From Macrostomum hystrix (Eukaryota; Animalia; Platyhelminthes), in the NCBI GenBank assembly GCA_950097015.1, contig CATNEN010000003.1, forward strand, positions 13,888,001 through 13,952,000: DNA of 64,000 bases, read 5' to 3'. The stretch's first letter is position 1; every line of letters begins with the position of its first letter. Below the pieces are notes generated by a model. That model was given only the letters and a program-made list of their open reading frames with translations. It searched no databases and was not told the DNA's origin. Shown in pieces: positions 1 through 13,200 of the stretch. The position numbers were made by a program, and so were the translations under genes.

Positions 1-910
1 TACTCTTGTGCCTGAGCAGCTGTATGATTATAATTCTGGCCCTTATCGGCATGGGTGCGAATGTGTGTTTTTGCCGAGGGGGTGCTAGCTGCTAGTCCTT
101 TATACTAAATTTCTATTATATTGCCAGTCAGTCTATTGACTTAGTTATTTGTTCTTCCATGGCCCTACTTGTTCTTACTTGTCAACGCTTGTCTAGAGTC
201 GATATTATAGGGCCTATTCAAAGTGGATCGCGATTGAACTAATCCTTAGATTGAACAGATCCTCAGATCATCCGATCTTCAGAACTGATTACAAGATCCT
301 GAGATTCTCACATCTAAATGATTCTCACGTTCTTTATAACCGAATTTCGGTAGAAATAACCATCTCGACTCTATAGATCAGGATGGCAAAGCCAAACGTA
401 AAATATCCAATTTGTCCGTCTTTTATTTGATCCCATAAAATCCCCTATATTCACACGCATCTGCTCAGATTTTTATTGCATTATTTGATTTTCCTTCTAG
501 TCAAAAGAAAATATTCCCATCGCCCTAATCCGAAGTCTTACAAAATATAATCCCCTCAACTGAGTGGGGAAATTTCCCCGAGAAGACGCTGAGAGGCTTC
601 CATGTTCTAATCCAAAATAAGCCTAGGGAATTAAATTAATTCGCTGCTACCCGTGGAGGATCAGATATGTATCGGATTCCTATGTGAACTTGTTAGCTTT
701 GCTGCAGTTCTGTCATTTCTTGTGAGCGCCTAGAGGCTTAATCTAATAGAATTTGATAGTGTCTCTCCTACAGCTAGTCCTGTTTAGCTAATTTAAAGCA
801 ACAAAATTTCCACGGCGACGAAAAAATATAACCTGTCAAAATATCAGCATGTCTCTCATTATGTTTTACTGCTCTGCTTTTTCTCAACTACTTATCTACC
901 CATATTTCTC

Positions 911-1508
911 TCACCCCTCCTCCTTCTCACCTTCTCCCTCCTTCACCGCTCTTCCTAACACCCTTTTCCCCTCCTCTTTCCCTCCTCTTTCCCCTCCTCC
1001 TTCTCCCCTCCTCCTTCTCCTCTCCTTGTTCCTCCTCCTTCTCCCCTCCTCCTTCTCCCCTCCTTTTTCCTCCTCCTTCTCCCCTCCTCCTTCTCCCCTC
1101 CTTTTTCCTCCTCCTTCTTCCCTCCTCCTTCTCCCCTCCTTCTCCCCTCCTCCTTCTCCTCTCCTCCTTTTCCCCTCCTTCTCCCCTCCCCATTCTCCTC
1201 TCCTCCTTCTCCCCTCCTCCTTCTCCCCTCCTTTTTCCTCCTCCTTCTCCCCTCCTCCTTCTCCCCTCCTCCTTCTCCCCTCCTCCTTCTCCCCTCCTCC
1301 TTCTCCCCTCCTTTTTCCTCCTCCTTCTCCCCTCCTCCTTCTCCCCTCCTCCTTCTCCCCTCCTTTTTCCTCCTCCTTCTTCCCTCCTCCTTCTCCCCTC
1401 CTTCTCCCCTCCTCCTTCTCCTCTCCTCCTTTTCCCCTCCTTCTCCCCTCCCCATTCTCCTCTCCTCCTTCTCCCCTCCTCCTTCTCCCCTCCACTTCTC
1501 CCCTCCTC
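911..1508. repeat. Polypyrimidine/polypurine low-complexity tract (CTCCTTCTCCC-type units)
   Basis: About 600 bp almost entirely C/T on +. The overlapping ORFs (Pro/Ser/Leu/Phe-rich or Gly/Glu/Arg-rich) are simple translations of it. Confidence 0.95.
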
Positions 1509-2130
1509 TTGATTAATCGATGCAAAATGGTGTCATTTTATCCCGTCCCTTAGTACGTGCGTAATTTCCTATCTACAACTATCTAACTGAGAGGATTAAT
1601 GCCGAGATAGGGACTATATATGGCTGCAACACAAGCTAGGATAAACTTATCAATCGAAATCCAACAGATAGAAGAAGCATCCGATTATTGACTGCTTAGT
1701 TGTCTGCGAAAATTTTATTTAGCTTTGGTGCAAAAATTACTTAGGTCTCTCCTAAAATGCACAGAGAAAATCGGTTATTGTCTTCGGCAAACCCTATTTT
1801 TAAGCTTCTTTTTTCCCTAGCGCAAGCAGTTCTAAGGCCTGATAAGAAGTTATTAAATTATGATTCATCACACTTCTCACACCTTGTGTGCGTGTATGCC
1901 CGTAAGCTAAGTAACTCCTAAATTGAATAAATTTGTACCGTCATTTTTATGCCCTTATTGCATATTATTTCTGCGAAAGGGGATATTAAATAGCAGAGTG
2001 GGACTGGGAATGTTTGACAGTCGGGATTAATTCCGGATGTACGTGATCCTCAATCCGGGTTCGGATAATCAGAGGTTAAGGAACATAATAAAATGTGGAG
2101 TCAGAGAGTCAGATTTAGCATTAGACAACG

Positions 2131-3120
2131 TGAGGGAGAGAGTGGGAGAATAAGAGGGAGAGTGAGAGAATAGGTGTGAGAATGAGAGAATGAGAGGGAG
2201 AGTGGGAGAATAAGACGGAGAATGAGAATATAGGTGTGAGAATAAGAGGGACAGTGGGAGAATAGGTGGGGGAATAAGAGGGAGAGTGGGAGAATAGGTG
2301 TGAACATGAGAAGGCGAGTGGGAGAATAAGAGGGAGAGTGGGAGAATAGGTGTGAACATGAGAAGGCGAGTGGGAGAATAAGAGGGAGAGTGGGAGAATA
2401 GGTGGGAGAATAAGAGGGAGAGTGGGAGAATGGTGTGAGAATGAGAAAGCGAGTGGGAGAATAAGAGGGAGAGTGGGAGAATGGTGTGAGAATGAGAAAG
2501 CGAGTGGGAGAATAAGAGGGAGAGTGGGAGAATAGGTGTGAAAATGAGAAGGCGAGTGGGAGAATAAGAGGGAGAGTGGGAGAATGGTGTGAGAATGAGA
2601 AAGCGAGTGGGAGAATAAGAGGGAGAGTGGGAGAATCGGTGTTAAAATGAGAAGGCGAGTGGGAGAATAAGAGGGAGAGTGGGAGAATGGTGTGAGAATG
2701 AGAAAGCGAGTGGGAGAATAAGAGGGAGAGTGGGAGAATCGGTGTTAAAATGAGAAGGCGAGTGGGAGAATAAGAGGGAGAGTGGGAGAATGGTGTGAGA
2801 ATGAGAAAGCGAGTGGGAGAATAAGAGGGAGAGTGGGAGAATGGTGTGAGAATGAGAAAGCGAGTGGGAGAATAAGAGGGAGAGTGGGAGAATAGGTGTG
2901 AAAATGAGAAAGCGAGTGGGAGAATAAGAGGAAGAGTGGGAGAATGGTGTGAGAATGAGAAAGCGAGTGGGAGAATAAGAGGGAGAGTGGGAGAATGGTG
3001 TGAGAATGAGAAAGCGAGTGGGAGAATAAGAGGGAGAGTGGGAGAATAGGTGTGAAAATGAGAAAGCGAGTGGGAGAATAAGAGGGAGAGTGGGAGAATG
3101 GTGTGAGAATGTAAGGAAGA
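2131..3120. repeat. Purine-rich minisatellite (GGGAGAGTGGGAGAATAAGA / GGTGTGAGAATGAGAA variants), copy 1
   Basis: Direct tandem repeats are visible. Confidence 0.95.
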
Positions 3121-3659
3121 GTGAGAGAATGAAAGAGAGTTTAGGAGAAGGACAGAGAGAGAAATAGGAGAGAATACCCGATGGTATGTGAAATAAAGAG
3201 TGGACTAAACTCGTAGCAGAGTCCAATGCTTCTCAGGAAGTCTATAAATCAGTTACATTGTGGTTAAACTTTTTCTACCCCAGCTTGGGAGATTTGTCTC
3301 AGTTTTCCCCTGGGGCATTGGATATGATGTGAGCTAAGCTAATTGACTTTGCCAATTTTCTTATTGCGAGCTACATGACCGTCTGACTTCATATAGAGTT
3401 TATTGCCGGCAGCACTTGTTTCTTGTAAGCAATATACCTAATGCCTGATGTTATTTGCCTTATATGTGTAATATGTTTCCCATTTTTTATGAAAATTAGT
3501 CCGTATGATAGTCACAACTTGCTACAGTCGCAATTGCCTTTTAAATAATTTATGATTTTTTGTCTGGGTTGAAGTTTCTCTGAGTTCTTTGTACTATTAA
3601 AACTTTTATCATTTTTCGGTATACATTCTTTCTTTTTAAATATCTTTTTTGAAAATATA

Positions 3660-4850
3660 ATCTGTGAATAGTCTGTGTTGTGAATGTTTCAAATCTGTGA
3701 ATCTTCAGTGATGGGAATGTTTCAAATCTGTGAATATTCAGTGCTGTGAGTGTTTCAAATCTGTGAATATTCAGTGATGTGAGTGTTTCAAATCTGTGAA
3801 TATGCAGTGATGTGAGTGTTTCAAATCTGTGAATCTTCAGTGATGTGAGTGTTTCAAATCTGTGAATATTCAGTGATGTGAGTGTTTCAAATCTGTGAAT
3901 AGTCTGTGTTGTGAATGTTTCAATTCTGTGAATCTTCAGTGATGTGAGTGTTTCAAATCTGTGAATATTCAGTGCTGTGAGTGTTTCAAATCTGTGAATC
4001 TTCAGTGATGTGAGTGTTTTAAATCTGTGAATATTCAGTGATGTGAGTGTTTCAAATCTGTGAATCTTCAGTGATGTGGGTGTTTCAAATCTGTGAATCT
4101 TCAGTGATGTGAGTGTTTTAAATCTGTGAATATTCAGTGATGTGAGTGTTTCAATTCTGTGAATCTTCAGTGATGTGAGTGTTTCAAATCTGTGAATCTT
4201 TAGTGATGTGAGTGTTTCAAATCTGTGAATCTTCAGTGATGTAAGTGTTTCAAATCTGTGAATCTTCAGTGATGTGAGTGTTTCAATTCTGTGAATCTTC
4301 AGTGATGTGAGTGTTTCAATTCTTTGAATCTTCAGTGATGTGAGTGTTTCAATTCTGTGAATCTTCAGTGATGTGAATGTTTCAATTCTGTGAATATTCA
4401 GTGATGTGAGTGTTTCAATTCTGTGAATATTCAGTGATGTGAATGTTTCAATTCTGTGAATATTCAGTGATGTGAATGTTTCAATTCTGTGAATATTCAG
4501 TGATGTGAATGTTTCAATTCTGTGAATATTCAGTGATGTGAGTGTTTCAATTCTGTGAATATTCAGTGATGTGAATGTTTCAAATCTGTGAATATTCAGT
4601 GATGTGAATGTTTTAATTCTGTGAATATTCAGTGATGTGAATGTTTCAATTCTGTGAATATTCAGTGATGTGAATGTTTCAATTCTGTGAATCTTCAGTG
4701 ATGTGAATGTTTCAATTATGTGAATATTCAGTGATGTGAATGTTTCAAATCTGTGAATATTCAGTGATGTGAATGTTTTAATTCTGTGAATATTCAGTGA
4801 TGTGAATGTTTCAATTCTGTGAATATTCAGTGATGTGAGTGTTTCAAATC
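3660..4850. repeat. 30-bp minisatellite (TCTGTGAATATTCAGTGATGTGAGTGTTTCAA[A/T]), ~40 units
   Basis: Strict 30-bp period, seen as the 10-aa repeat in ORF 3550-4872. Many units contain the palindrome TGAATATTCA. Confidence 0.97.
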
Positions 4851-5090
4851 TCTTTGAAACAAAGAGATTCAAATTGAATAAATTGAATAAATTTGTACCG
4901 TCATTTTTATGCCCTTATTGCATATTATTTCTGCGAAAGGGGATATTAAATAGCAGAGTGGGACTGGGAATGTTTGACAGTCGGGATTAATTCCGGATGT
5001 ACGTGATCCTCAATCCGGGTTCGGATAATCAGAGGTTAAGGAACATAATAAAATGTGGAGTCAGAGAGTCAGATTTAGCATTAGACAACG

Positions 5091-6650
5091 TGAGGGAGAG
5101 AGTGGGAGAATAAGAGGGAGAGTGAGAGAATAGGTGTGAGAATGAGAGAATGAGAGGGAGAGTGGGAGAATAAGACGGAGAATGAGAATATAGGTGTGAG
5201 AATAAGAGGGAGAGTGGGAGAATAGGTGGGATAATAAGAGGGAGAGTGGGAGAATAGGTTTGAAAATGAGAAGGCGAGTGGGAGAATAAGAGGGAGAGTG
5301 GGAGAATAGGTGTGAACATGAGAAGGCGAGTGGGAGAATAAGAGGGAGAGTGGGAGAATAGGTGTGAGAATAAGAGGGAGAGTGGGAGAATAGGTGGGAG
5401 AATAAGAGGGAGAGTGGGAGAATAGGTGGGAGAATAAGAGGGAGAGTGGGAGAATAGGTGTGAACATGAGAAGGCGAGTGGGAGAATAAGAGGGAGAGTG
5501 GGAGAATGGTGTGAGAATGAGAAAGCGAGTGGGAGAATAAGAGGGAGAGTGGGAGAATGGGTGTGAGAATAAGAGGGAGAGTGGGAGAATAGGTGTGAGA
5601 ATGAAAGGGAGAGTGAGAGAATAGGTGTGAGAATGAAAGGGAGAGTGAGAGAATAGGTGTGAGAATGAAAGGGAGAGTGAGAGAATAGGTGTGAGAATGA
5701 AAGGGAGAGTGAGAGAATAGGTGTCAAAATGAGAAAGTGAGTGGGAGAATAAGAGGGAGTGTGGGAGAATAGGTGTGAGAATGAAAGGGAGAGTGAGAGA
5801 ATAGGTGTTAAAATGAGAAGGCGAGTGGGAGAATAAGAGGGAGAGTGGGAGAATAGGTGTGAGAATGAGAAAGCGAGTGGGAGAATAAGAGGGAGAGTGG
5901 GAGAATGGGTGTGAGAATAAGAGGGAGAGTGGGAGAATAAGAGGGAGAGTGGGAGAATGGGTGTGAGAATAAGAGGGAGAGTGGGAGAATAAGAGGGAGA
6001 GTGGGAGAATGGTGTGAGAATGAGAAAGCGAGTGGGAGAATAAGAGGGAGAGTGGGAGAATGGGTGTGAGAATAAGAGGGAGAGTGGGAGAATAGGTGTG
6101 AGAATGAAAGGGAGAGTGAGAGAATAGGTGTGAGAATGAAAGGGAGAGTGAGAGAATAGGTGTGAGAATGAAAGGGAGAGTGAGAGAATAGGTGTGAGAA
6201 TGAAAGGGAGAGTGAGAGAATAGGTGTCAAAATGAGAAAGTGAGTGGGAGAATAAGAGGGAGTGTGGGAGAATAGGTGTGAGAATGAAAGGGAGAGTGAG
6301 AGAATAGGTGTGAGAATGAAAGGGAGAGTGAGAGAATAGGTGTCAAAATGAGAAAGTGAGTGGGAGAATAAGAGGGAGTGTGGGAGAATAGGTGTTAAAA
6401 TGAGAAGGCGATTGGGAGAATAAGAGGGAGAGTGGGAGAATGGGTGTGAGAATAAGAGGGAGAGTGGGAGAATAGGTGTTAAAATGAGAAGGCGATTGGG
6501 AGAATAAGAGGGAGAGTGGGAGAATGGTGTGAGAATGAGAAAGCGAGTGGGAGAATAAGAGGGAGAGTGGGAGAATGGTATGAAAATGAGAAAGCGAGTG
6601 GGAGAATAAGAGGGAGAGTGGGAGAATGGTGTGAGAATGTAAGGGAGAGT
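5091..6650. repeat. Purine-rich minisatellite, copy 2 (expanded)
   Basis: Same units as 2131-3120. Confidence 0.95.
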
Positions 6651-7187
6651 GAGAGAATGAAAGAGAGTTTAGGAGAAGGACAGAGAGAGAAATAGGAGAG
6701 AATACCCGATGGTATGTGAAATAAAGAGTGGACTAAACTCGTAGCAGAGTCCAATGCTTCTCAGGAAGTCTATAAATCAGTTACATTGTGGTTAAACTTT
6801 TTCTACCCCAGCTTGGGAGATTTGTCTCAGTTTCTCCCTGGGGCATTGGATATGATGTGATCTAAGCTAATTGACTTTGCCAATTTTCTTATTGCGAGCT
6901 ACATGACCGTCTGACTTCATATAGAGTTTATTGCCGGCAGCACTTGTTTCTTGTAAGCAATATACCTAATGCCTGATGTTATTTGCCTTATATGTGTAAT
7001 ATGTTTCCCATTTTTTATGAAAATTAGTCCGTATGATAGTCACAACTTGCTACAGTCGCAATTGCCTTTTAAATAATTTATGATTTTTTGTCTGGGTTGA
7101 AGTTTCTCTGAGTTCTTTGTACTATTAAAACTTTTATCATTTTTCGGTATACATTCTTTCTTTTTAAATATCTTTTTTGAAAATATA

Positions 7188-8868
7188 ATCTGTGAATAGT
7201 CTGTGTTGTGAATGTTTCAATTCTGTGAATATTCAGTGATGTGAGTGTTTCAATTCTGTGAATATTCAGTGATGTGAGTGTTTTAAATCTGTGAATATTC
7301 AGTGATGTGAGTGTTTCAAATCTGTGAATCTTCAGTGATGTGAGTGTTTCAAATCTGTGAATCTTCAGTGATGTGAGTGTTTTAAATCTGTGAATATTCA
7401 GTGATGTGAGTGTTTCAATTCTGTGAATCTTCAGTGATGTGAGTGTTTCAAATCTGTGAATCTTTAGTGATGTGAGTGTTTCAAATCTGTGAATCTTCAG
7501 TGATGTAAGTGTTTCAAATCTGTGAATCTTCAGTGATGTGAGTGTTTCAATTCTGTGAATCTTCAGTGATGTGAGTGTTTCAATTCTTTGAATCTTCAGT
7601 GATGTGAGTGTTTCAATTCTGTGAATCTTCAGTGATGTGAATGTTTCAATTCTGTGAATATTCAGTGATGTGAGTGTTTCAATTCTGTGAATCTTCAGTG
7701 ATGTGAGTGTTTTAAATCTGTGAATATTCAGTGATGTGAGTGTTTCAAATCTGTGAATATTCAGTGATGTGAGTGTTTCAAATCTGTGAATATTCAGTGA
7801 TGTGAATGTTTCAATTCTGTGAATATTCAGTGATGTGAATGTTTCAATTCTGTGAATATTCAGTGATGTGAGTGTTTCAATTCTGTGAATATTCAGTGAT
7901 GTGAATGTTTCAAATCTGTGAATATTCAGTGATGGGAATGTTTCAATTCTGTGAATATTCAGTGATGTGAATGTTTCAATTCTGTGAATATTCAGTGATG
8001 TGAATGTTTCAATTCTGTGAATATTCAGTGATGTGAATGTTTCAATTCTGTGAATATTCAGTGATGTGAGTGTTTCAATTCTGTGAATATTCAGTGATGT
8101 GAATGTTTCAAATCTGTGAATATTCAGTGATGTGAATGTTTCAATTCTGTGAATCTTCAGTGATGTGAATGTTTCAATTCTGTGAATATTCAGTGATGTG
8201 AATGTTTTAAATCTGTGAATATTCAGTGATGTGAATGTTTCAATTCTGTGAATATTCAGTGATGTGAATGTTTCAATTCTGTGAATATTCAGTGATGTGA
8301 ATGTTTCAATTCTGTGAATATTCAGTGATGTGAGTGTTTCAATTCTGTGAATATTCAGTGATGTGAATGTTTCAATTCTGTGAATATTCAGTGATGTGAA
8401 TGTTTCAATTCTGTGAATATTCAGTGATGTGAATGTTTCAATTCTGTGAATATTCAGTGATGTGAGTGTTTCAATTCTGTGAATATTCAGTGATGTGAAT
8501 GTTTCAAATCTGTGAATATTCAGTGATGTGAATGTTTTAATTCTGTGAATATTCAGTGATGTGAATGTTTCAATTCTGTGAATATTCAGTGATGTGAATG
8601 TTTCAATTCTGTGAATCTTCAGTGATGTGAATGTTTCAATTCTGTGAATATTCAGTGATGTGAATGTTTTAAATCTGTGAATATTCAGTGATGTGAATGT
8701 TTTAAATCTGTGAATATTCAGTGATGTGAATGTTTCAATTCTGTGAATATTCAGTGATGTGAGTGTTTCAATTCTGTGAATATTCAGTGATGTGAGTGTT
8801 TCAAATCTGTGAATATTCAGTGATGTGAGTGTTTCAAATCTGTGAATATTCAGTGATGTGAATGTTTT
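7188..8868. repeat. 30-bp minisatellite, copy 2, ~56 units
   Basis: Same unit as 3660-4850, with rare variants in the same order (ATCTTTAGT, GTAAGT, TCTTTGAAT). Confidence 0.97.
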
Positions 8869-9103
8869 ATTGGATGAAATTTTCTTACCTATAATGGTCC
8901 CATTTGAAGTGCAAAATAAACTTTCTTTGCCTAAACAAACAGCTAAGCTGGCATAATAGACACGCAATCTGTCAATTAAGGCAAACTTTGCAAAGACAGG
9001 CAATTCATCCCTAGCCTTATTCTTACCGCTAGTTCGTAAACTTACCGATTGGTAAGATAAAAAGTACTTTTATACTTATCTAGTCAAGCTAGCACGTTTT
9101 GGG

Positions 9104-9175
9104 GTCTGTTTGATTGTCTGTCTGTCTGTCTGTCTGTCTAGCTGTCTGTCTGTCTGAATATTTGTGTGTGTGTGT
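9104..9175. repeat. (GTCT)n and (GT)n microsatellites
   Basis: Visible directly. Confidence 0.9.
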
Positions 9176-10049
9176 TTCATATTTTCAACATCTGTTAGAT
9201 TTTCGCAAAATAGGAATGCAATCCTATTGACAACAATAATTAGGAAAGTATTTAGAAATATCAATTATTATTTATTAGGAAAGGTAATGAGGAATTAGGT
9301 TAGAAAATTAGGAAACTCTATAAATGAGAACTGACTTTTCTGTGGTCGAAAGGAAATTTGGAAAACTGATTTAATTTGCCCATCACTGACTAAGACATTT
9401 TTCAGCTTTACCCTTCAGCCTTAGATTCAATATTCAATTTGTTCTTTTGAAAATGTCTTTTTTCGACACATATCGGGTAGCCAGATTTGTTATTACATGA
9501 ACTTTCTGTTATAAATGCCGCGTAAAAAAGTAAAAAAACGTCTTTCTTTACATATCGGCCGGCCATTCGTGTTTTACACACTGTATGTTAGTAGATAGTT
9601 GTAAGAGTCTCGATGTTCGCTTTTGAATTTTAGGCCACCCTATTTTATACTTTTTTCTATACATATCAGGTACATCAAATTAGAGGACGAAATTTGTAAG
9701 AAAAAGCTTTGAGTGTAACAATATCGCATCATTCATCAAAATTTCTGGTGGAGTTTTTTATGCCCTCCGGATTGAGTCCCCCAATTGTGATTCTTGTTTC
9801 CTTGACGACTAGCAGTCGTGCGTCACGCAACTTCCCCACTAACGAATTCAGGCTTTTTTCGCCAATCTCAAAGCCAGTATAGAATATTTTCTTGGCAGGA
9901 ATTTATTAAGAGATCGAGTTGAAATCGGGTACTTTGAGCATACTCATTATATGCATTTGCGTGACTTGAATGTGAAAAATTCTTCTAAATTACCGTTGGC
10001 TTCATTGTACAACCCGCGTACTCAGTGATAACAATTTATTAGCTATTGA

Positions 10050-10176
10050 AAGCTGCGTACAGCCATACAGTCCATGGACTGGGGAGATGCCACACCCAAC
10101 CTCAATTGGAGTCGGGAATCGAACCCCCGACCTTCAAGTCGCGAGTCCAATCCTCTAACCACTAGGCTACAACCCC
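10050..10176 (-). mobile_element. tRNA-derived SINE (family A) head and partial body
   Basis: The - strand reads GGGGTTGTAGCCTAGTGGTTAG...GAAGGTCGGGGGTTCGATTCCCGACTCC (A and B boxes). The anticodon and T stems do not pair properly. A near-identical head lies at 52260-52328 (+). Confidence 0.75.
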
Positions 10177-10297
10177 CTTGGCCTTCTTTGCCAATTGTTT
10201 TTTAATTATGGTCAGAGTTTCGAACTCAGGACCTCCAGGTCTAATTAAGATCTTATGTCTACTTACTCATTTTTATTATCTGAAAATCAATTTACAG

Positions 10298-13200
10298 AGG
10301 CTGCGAACTTTGACCAGACTGTCCTATCCTGCTCATCGAAACTCTATAGCGAGTGCTTCCCGGGATTCTGCATTCACCAGCAGACTCTGATCCCCATTTC
10401 TAAGAAATGCAGCGCCTCAGCCTGCAGCTCGCGACCGCCAAAGCGGGCGAAATTCGCGAGAATGGCCGAACACTTTGAGTACAATCACATACCGGCTCAC
10501 CTGTCATCTATTCAGGTGGTTTGGATCGACTGATCTATGTATTTATATTGTTGCCTCGTCGTTATTATGGGGGTTATGATGGTTATAAATTATATTGAGA
10601 CTATAAAATAACCAGCAATTGTTTCAAATATGTAGCTTGAAATTGATTGGAATTATTAGCTTGGAATTTATGAATTCATTAGCTTTGAATTGATTGGATT
10701 CAATAGCTTGGAATTGCTTGGTTCATTAGCTTGGAATTGCTTGGATTCATTAGCTTTGAATTGATTGGATTCATTAGCTTGGAATTGATTGGTTCATTAG
10801 CTTGGAATTGCTTGGATTCATTAGCTTGGAATTGTATGAATTCATTAGCTTACAATTGATTGGATTCATTAGCTTGGAATTGATTGGATTCATTAGCTTG
10901 GAATTGATTGGATTCATTAGCTTGGAATTGATTGGATTCATTAGCTTGGAATTGATTGGTTCATTAGCTTGGAATTGATTGGATTCATTAGCTTGGAATT
11001 GAATGGATTCATTAGCTTGGAATTGAATGGATTCATTAGCTTGGAATTGATTGGATTCATTAGCTTGGAATTGATTGGATTCATTAGCTTGGAATTGTAT
11101 GAATTCATTAGCTTACAATTGATTGGATTCATTAGCTTGGAATTGATTGGATTCATTAGCTTGGAATTGATTGGATTCATTAGCTTGGAATTGATTGGAT
11201 TCATTAGCTTGGAATTGTATGAATTCATTAGCTTACAATTGATTGTATTCATTAGCTTGGAATTGATTGGATTCATTCGCTTGGAATTGATTGGATTCAT
11301 TCGCTTGGAATTGATTGGATTCATTAGCTGGGAATTTAATGGATTCATTAGCTTGGAGTATCAGGCAATTAGTCTGTGCAAACTCATAAATATCTGGTCC
11401 CGCAGAATTTCCACGTCAAGTCGGTGCTGTGCTACCGGGGTCATCTCATTGTGCTCCACCTTGTCCGCAACATGGCCTCCCAGTTCGGTCTCGTAGATCT
11501 GCAGATTAACAAATTTCTCGGCATTTTCGGCAAACAGTTCACGGAGTTCTCTGTTGAACTTGTGCGCGGTGAAATAGCGCCAGATGAAACCAAGTGCCTG
11601 GTGCTCATGCCGTCCGTGCGGTATCCCCACTTCGATGTGCTGCACCTGTACGATCTAAGAACCAGGGAGACACTGTCGGAGGTAAGGCTCACATTTCACA
11701 AAAGCTCCCACCATTCACCAACAACTCCCATCGTTAACCAAACCTCAGACCGTTCACCAACAACTCCCACCGTTCACCAACAACTCCCACCGTTTACTGT
11801 TAACTCCCACCGTTCACCAACAACTCCCACCGTTCACTGAAACTTAATCCATTCACCAACAACTCCCACCATTCACCAACAACTCCCACCGTTTACTGTT
11901 AACTCCCACCGTTCACCAACAACTCCCACCGTTCACTGAAACTCAATCCATTCACCAACAACTCCCATCATTCACCAACAACTCCCATCATTCACCAACA
12001 ACTCCGATCATTCACCAACAACTCCCATCATTCACCAACAACTCCCACCGTTTACTGCTAACTCCTACCATTCACCAACAACTCCCACCGTTTACTGCTA
12101 ACTCCCACCGTTCACCGACAACTCCCACCATTCACCAACAACTCCCACCATTCACCAACAACTCCCACCATTCACCAACAACTCCCACCATTCACCAAAA
12201 AACGCACCGTTCACCAACAACTCCCACCATTCACCAAAAAACGCACCGTTCACCAACAACTCCCACAGTTCACCAATTACATCTACCGCTTACCAACAAC
12301 ATCCACCATTCACCAACAACATCTGCCGTTCACTAACAACATCCACCATTCACCAACAACATCTGCCGTTCACCAACAACATCCACCATTCACCAACAAC
12401 ATCTGCCGTTCACCAACAACATCCACCATTCACCAACAACATCCACCATTCACCAACAATATCAACCGTTTACCAACAACATCTACTATTCACTAACAAC
12501 ATCTACTATTCACCAAATCCGCAGGTGGTAATTCCCCGTGCAGGCTGTCTATTTGCATTCGATCCTCGCTTCGCGAATCTACGCTTGGCGGCCACCAATT
12601 TTGGTCGCGTCAGCGGAGCCGCTGGAGGTGCCGGTGCTAGCACCGCTGCTCAACAGCCGCATCCGCCGACTCGACCGTCGGCTGCCGTAGCCGCTGTCGC
12701 AGCGGCTGCCGCCGCGTCCGCCGCCGCTGCCGCCGCAGGCGGTCTCTGCGTCCTCGACTGTCACAAGTGGCTTCGCCTTCGTTCGTCACCGCTAGGCCTG
12801 CCATCTGACCAGACTGTGCGACGGCTGTTGTACACAAAAGCTGGTCACCTACTGCTAGCTGTCGTCACTGAGAATACGGACTGCCTGTGTGTTGGCGGCG
12901 GTGGCAGTGGCGGCGGCGGCGGTGGCGGTGGAGGCAGTCGACGTTCTAGGTGAGTTTGATTGGATTCATTAGCTTGGAATTTAATGGATTGATTAGCTTG
13001 GATTTGTATCGGTTTATTAGCTTGGAATTGATTGGATTCATTCGCTTGGAATTTATTGGATTCATTAGCTTGGAATTGATTGGATTCATTAGCTTGGAAT
13101 TGATTGGATTCATTCGCTTGGAATTGATTGGATTCATTCGCTTGGAATTGATTGGATTCATTAGCTTAGAATTGATTGGATTCATTAGCTTGGAATTGTA

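Larger units (their letters stand above)
1920..8868. repeat. Tandem segmental duplication: copy 1 ~1920-4850, copy 2 ~4880-8868
   Basis: Unique blocks 1920-2130 and ~3120-3680 recur almost identically at 4880-5090 and ~6650-7210. Each copy carries the same two minisatellites, with different copy numbers. Confidence 0.95.

Noticed and set aside
3550-9003. 440-aa and 641-aa ORFs of IHRFETLTSLN repeats, superficially LRR-like
   Set aside because: They are translations of a stop-free 30-bp minisatellite. Unit variation is mostly non-synonymous, the starts are TTG, and there is no domain context.
10108-10176. Functional tRNA gene (also at 52260-52328)
   Set aside because: The anticodon stem is unpaired, the T stem is truncated, and the two copies differ in the anticodon region. 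This fits a SINE head better.
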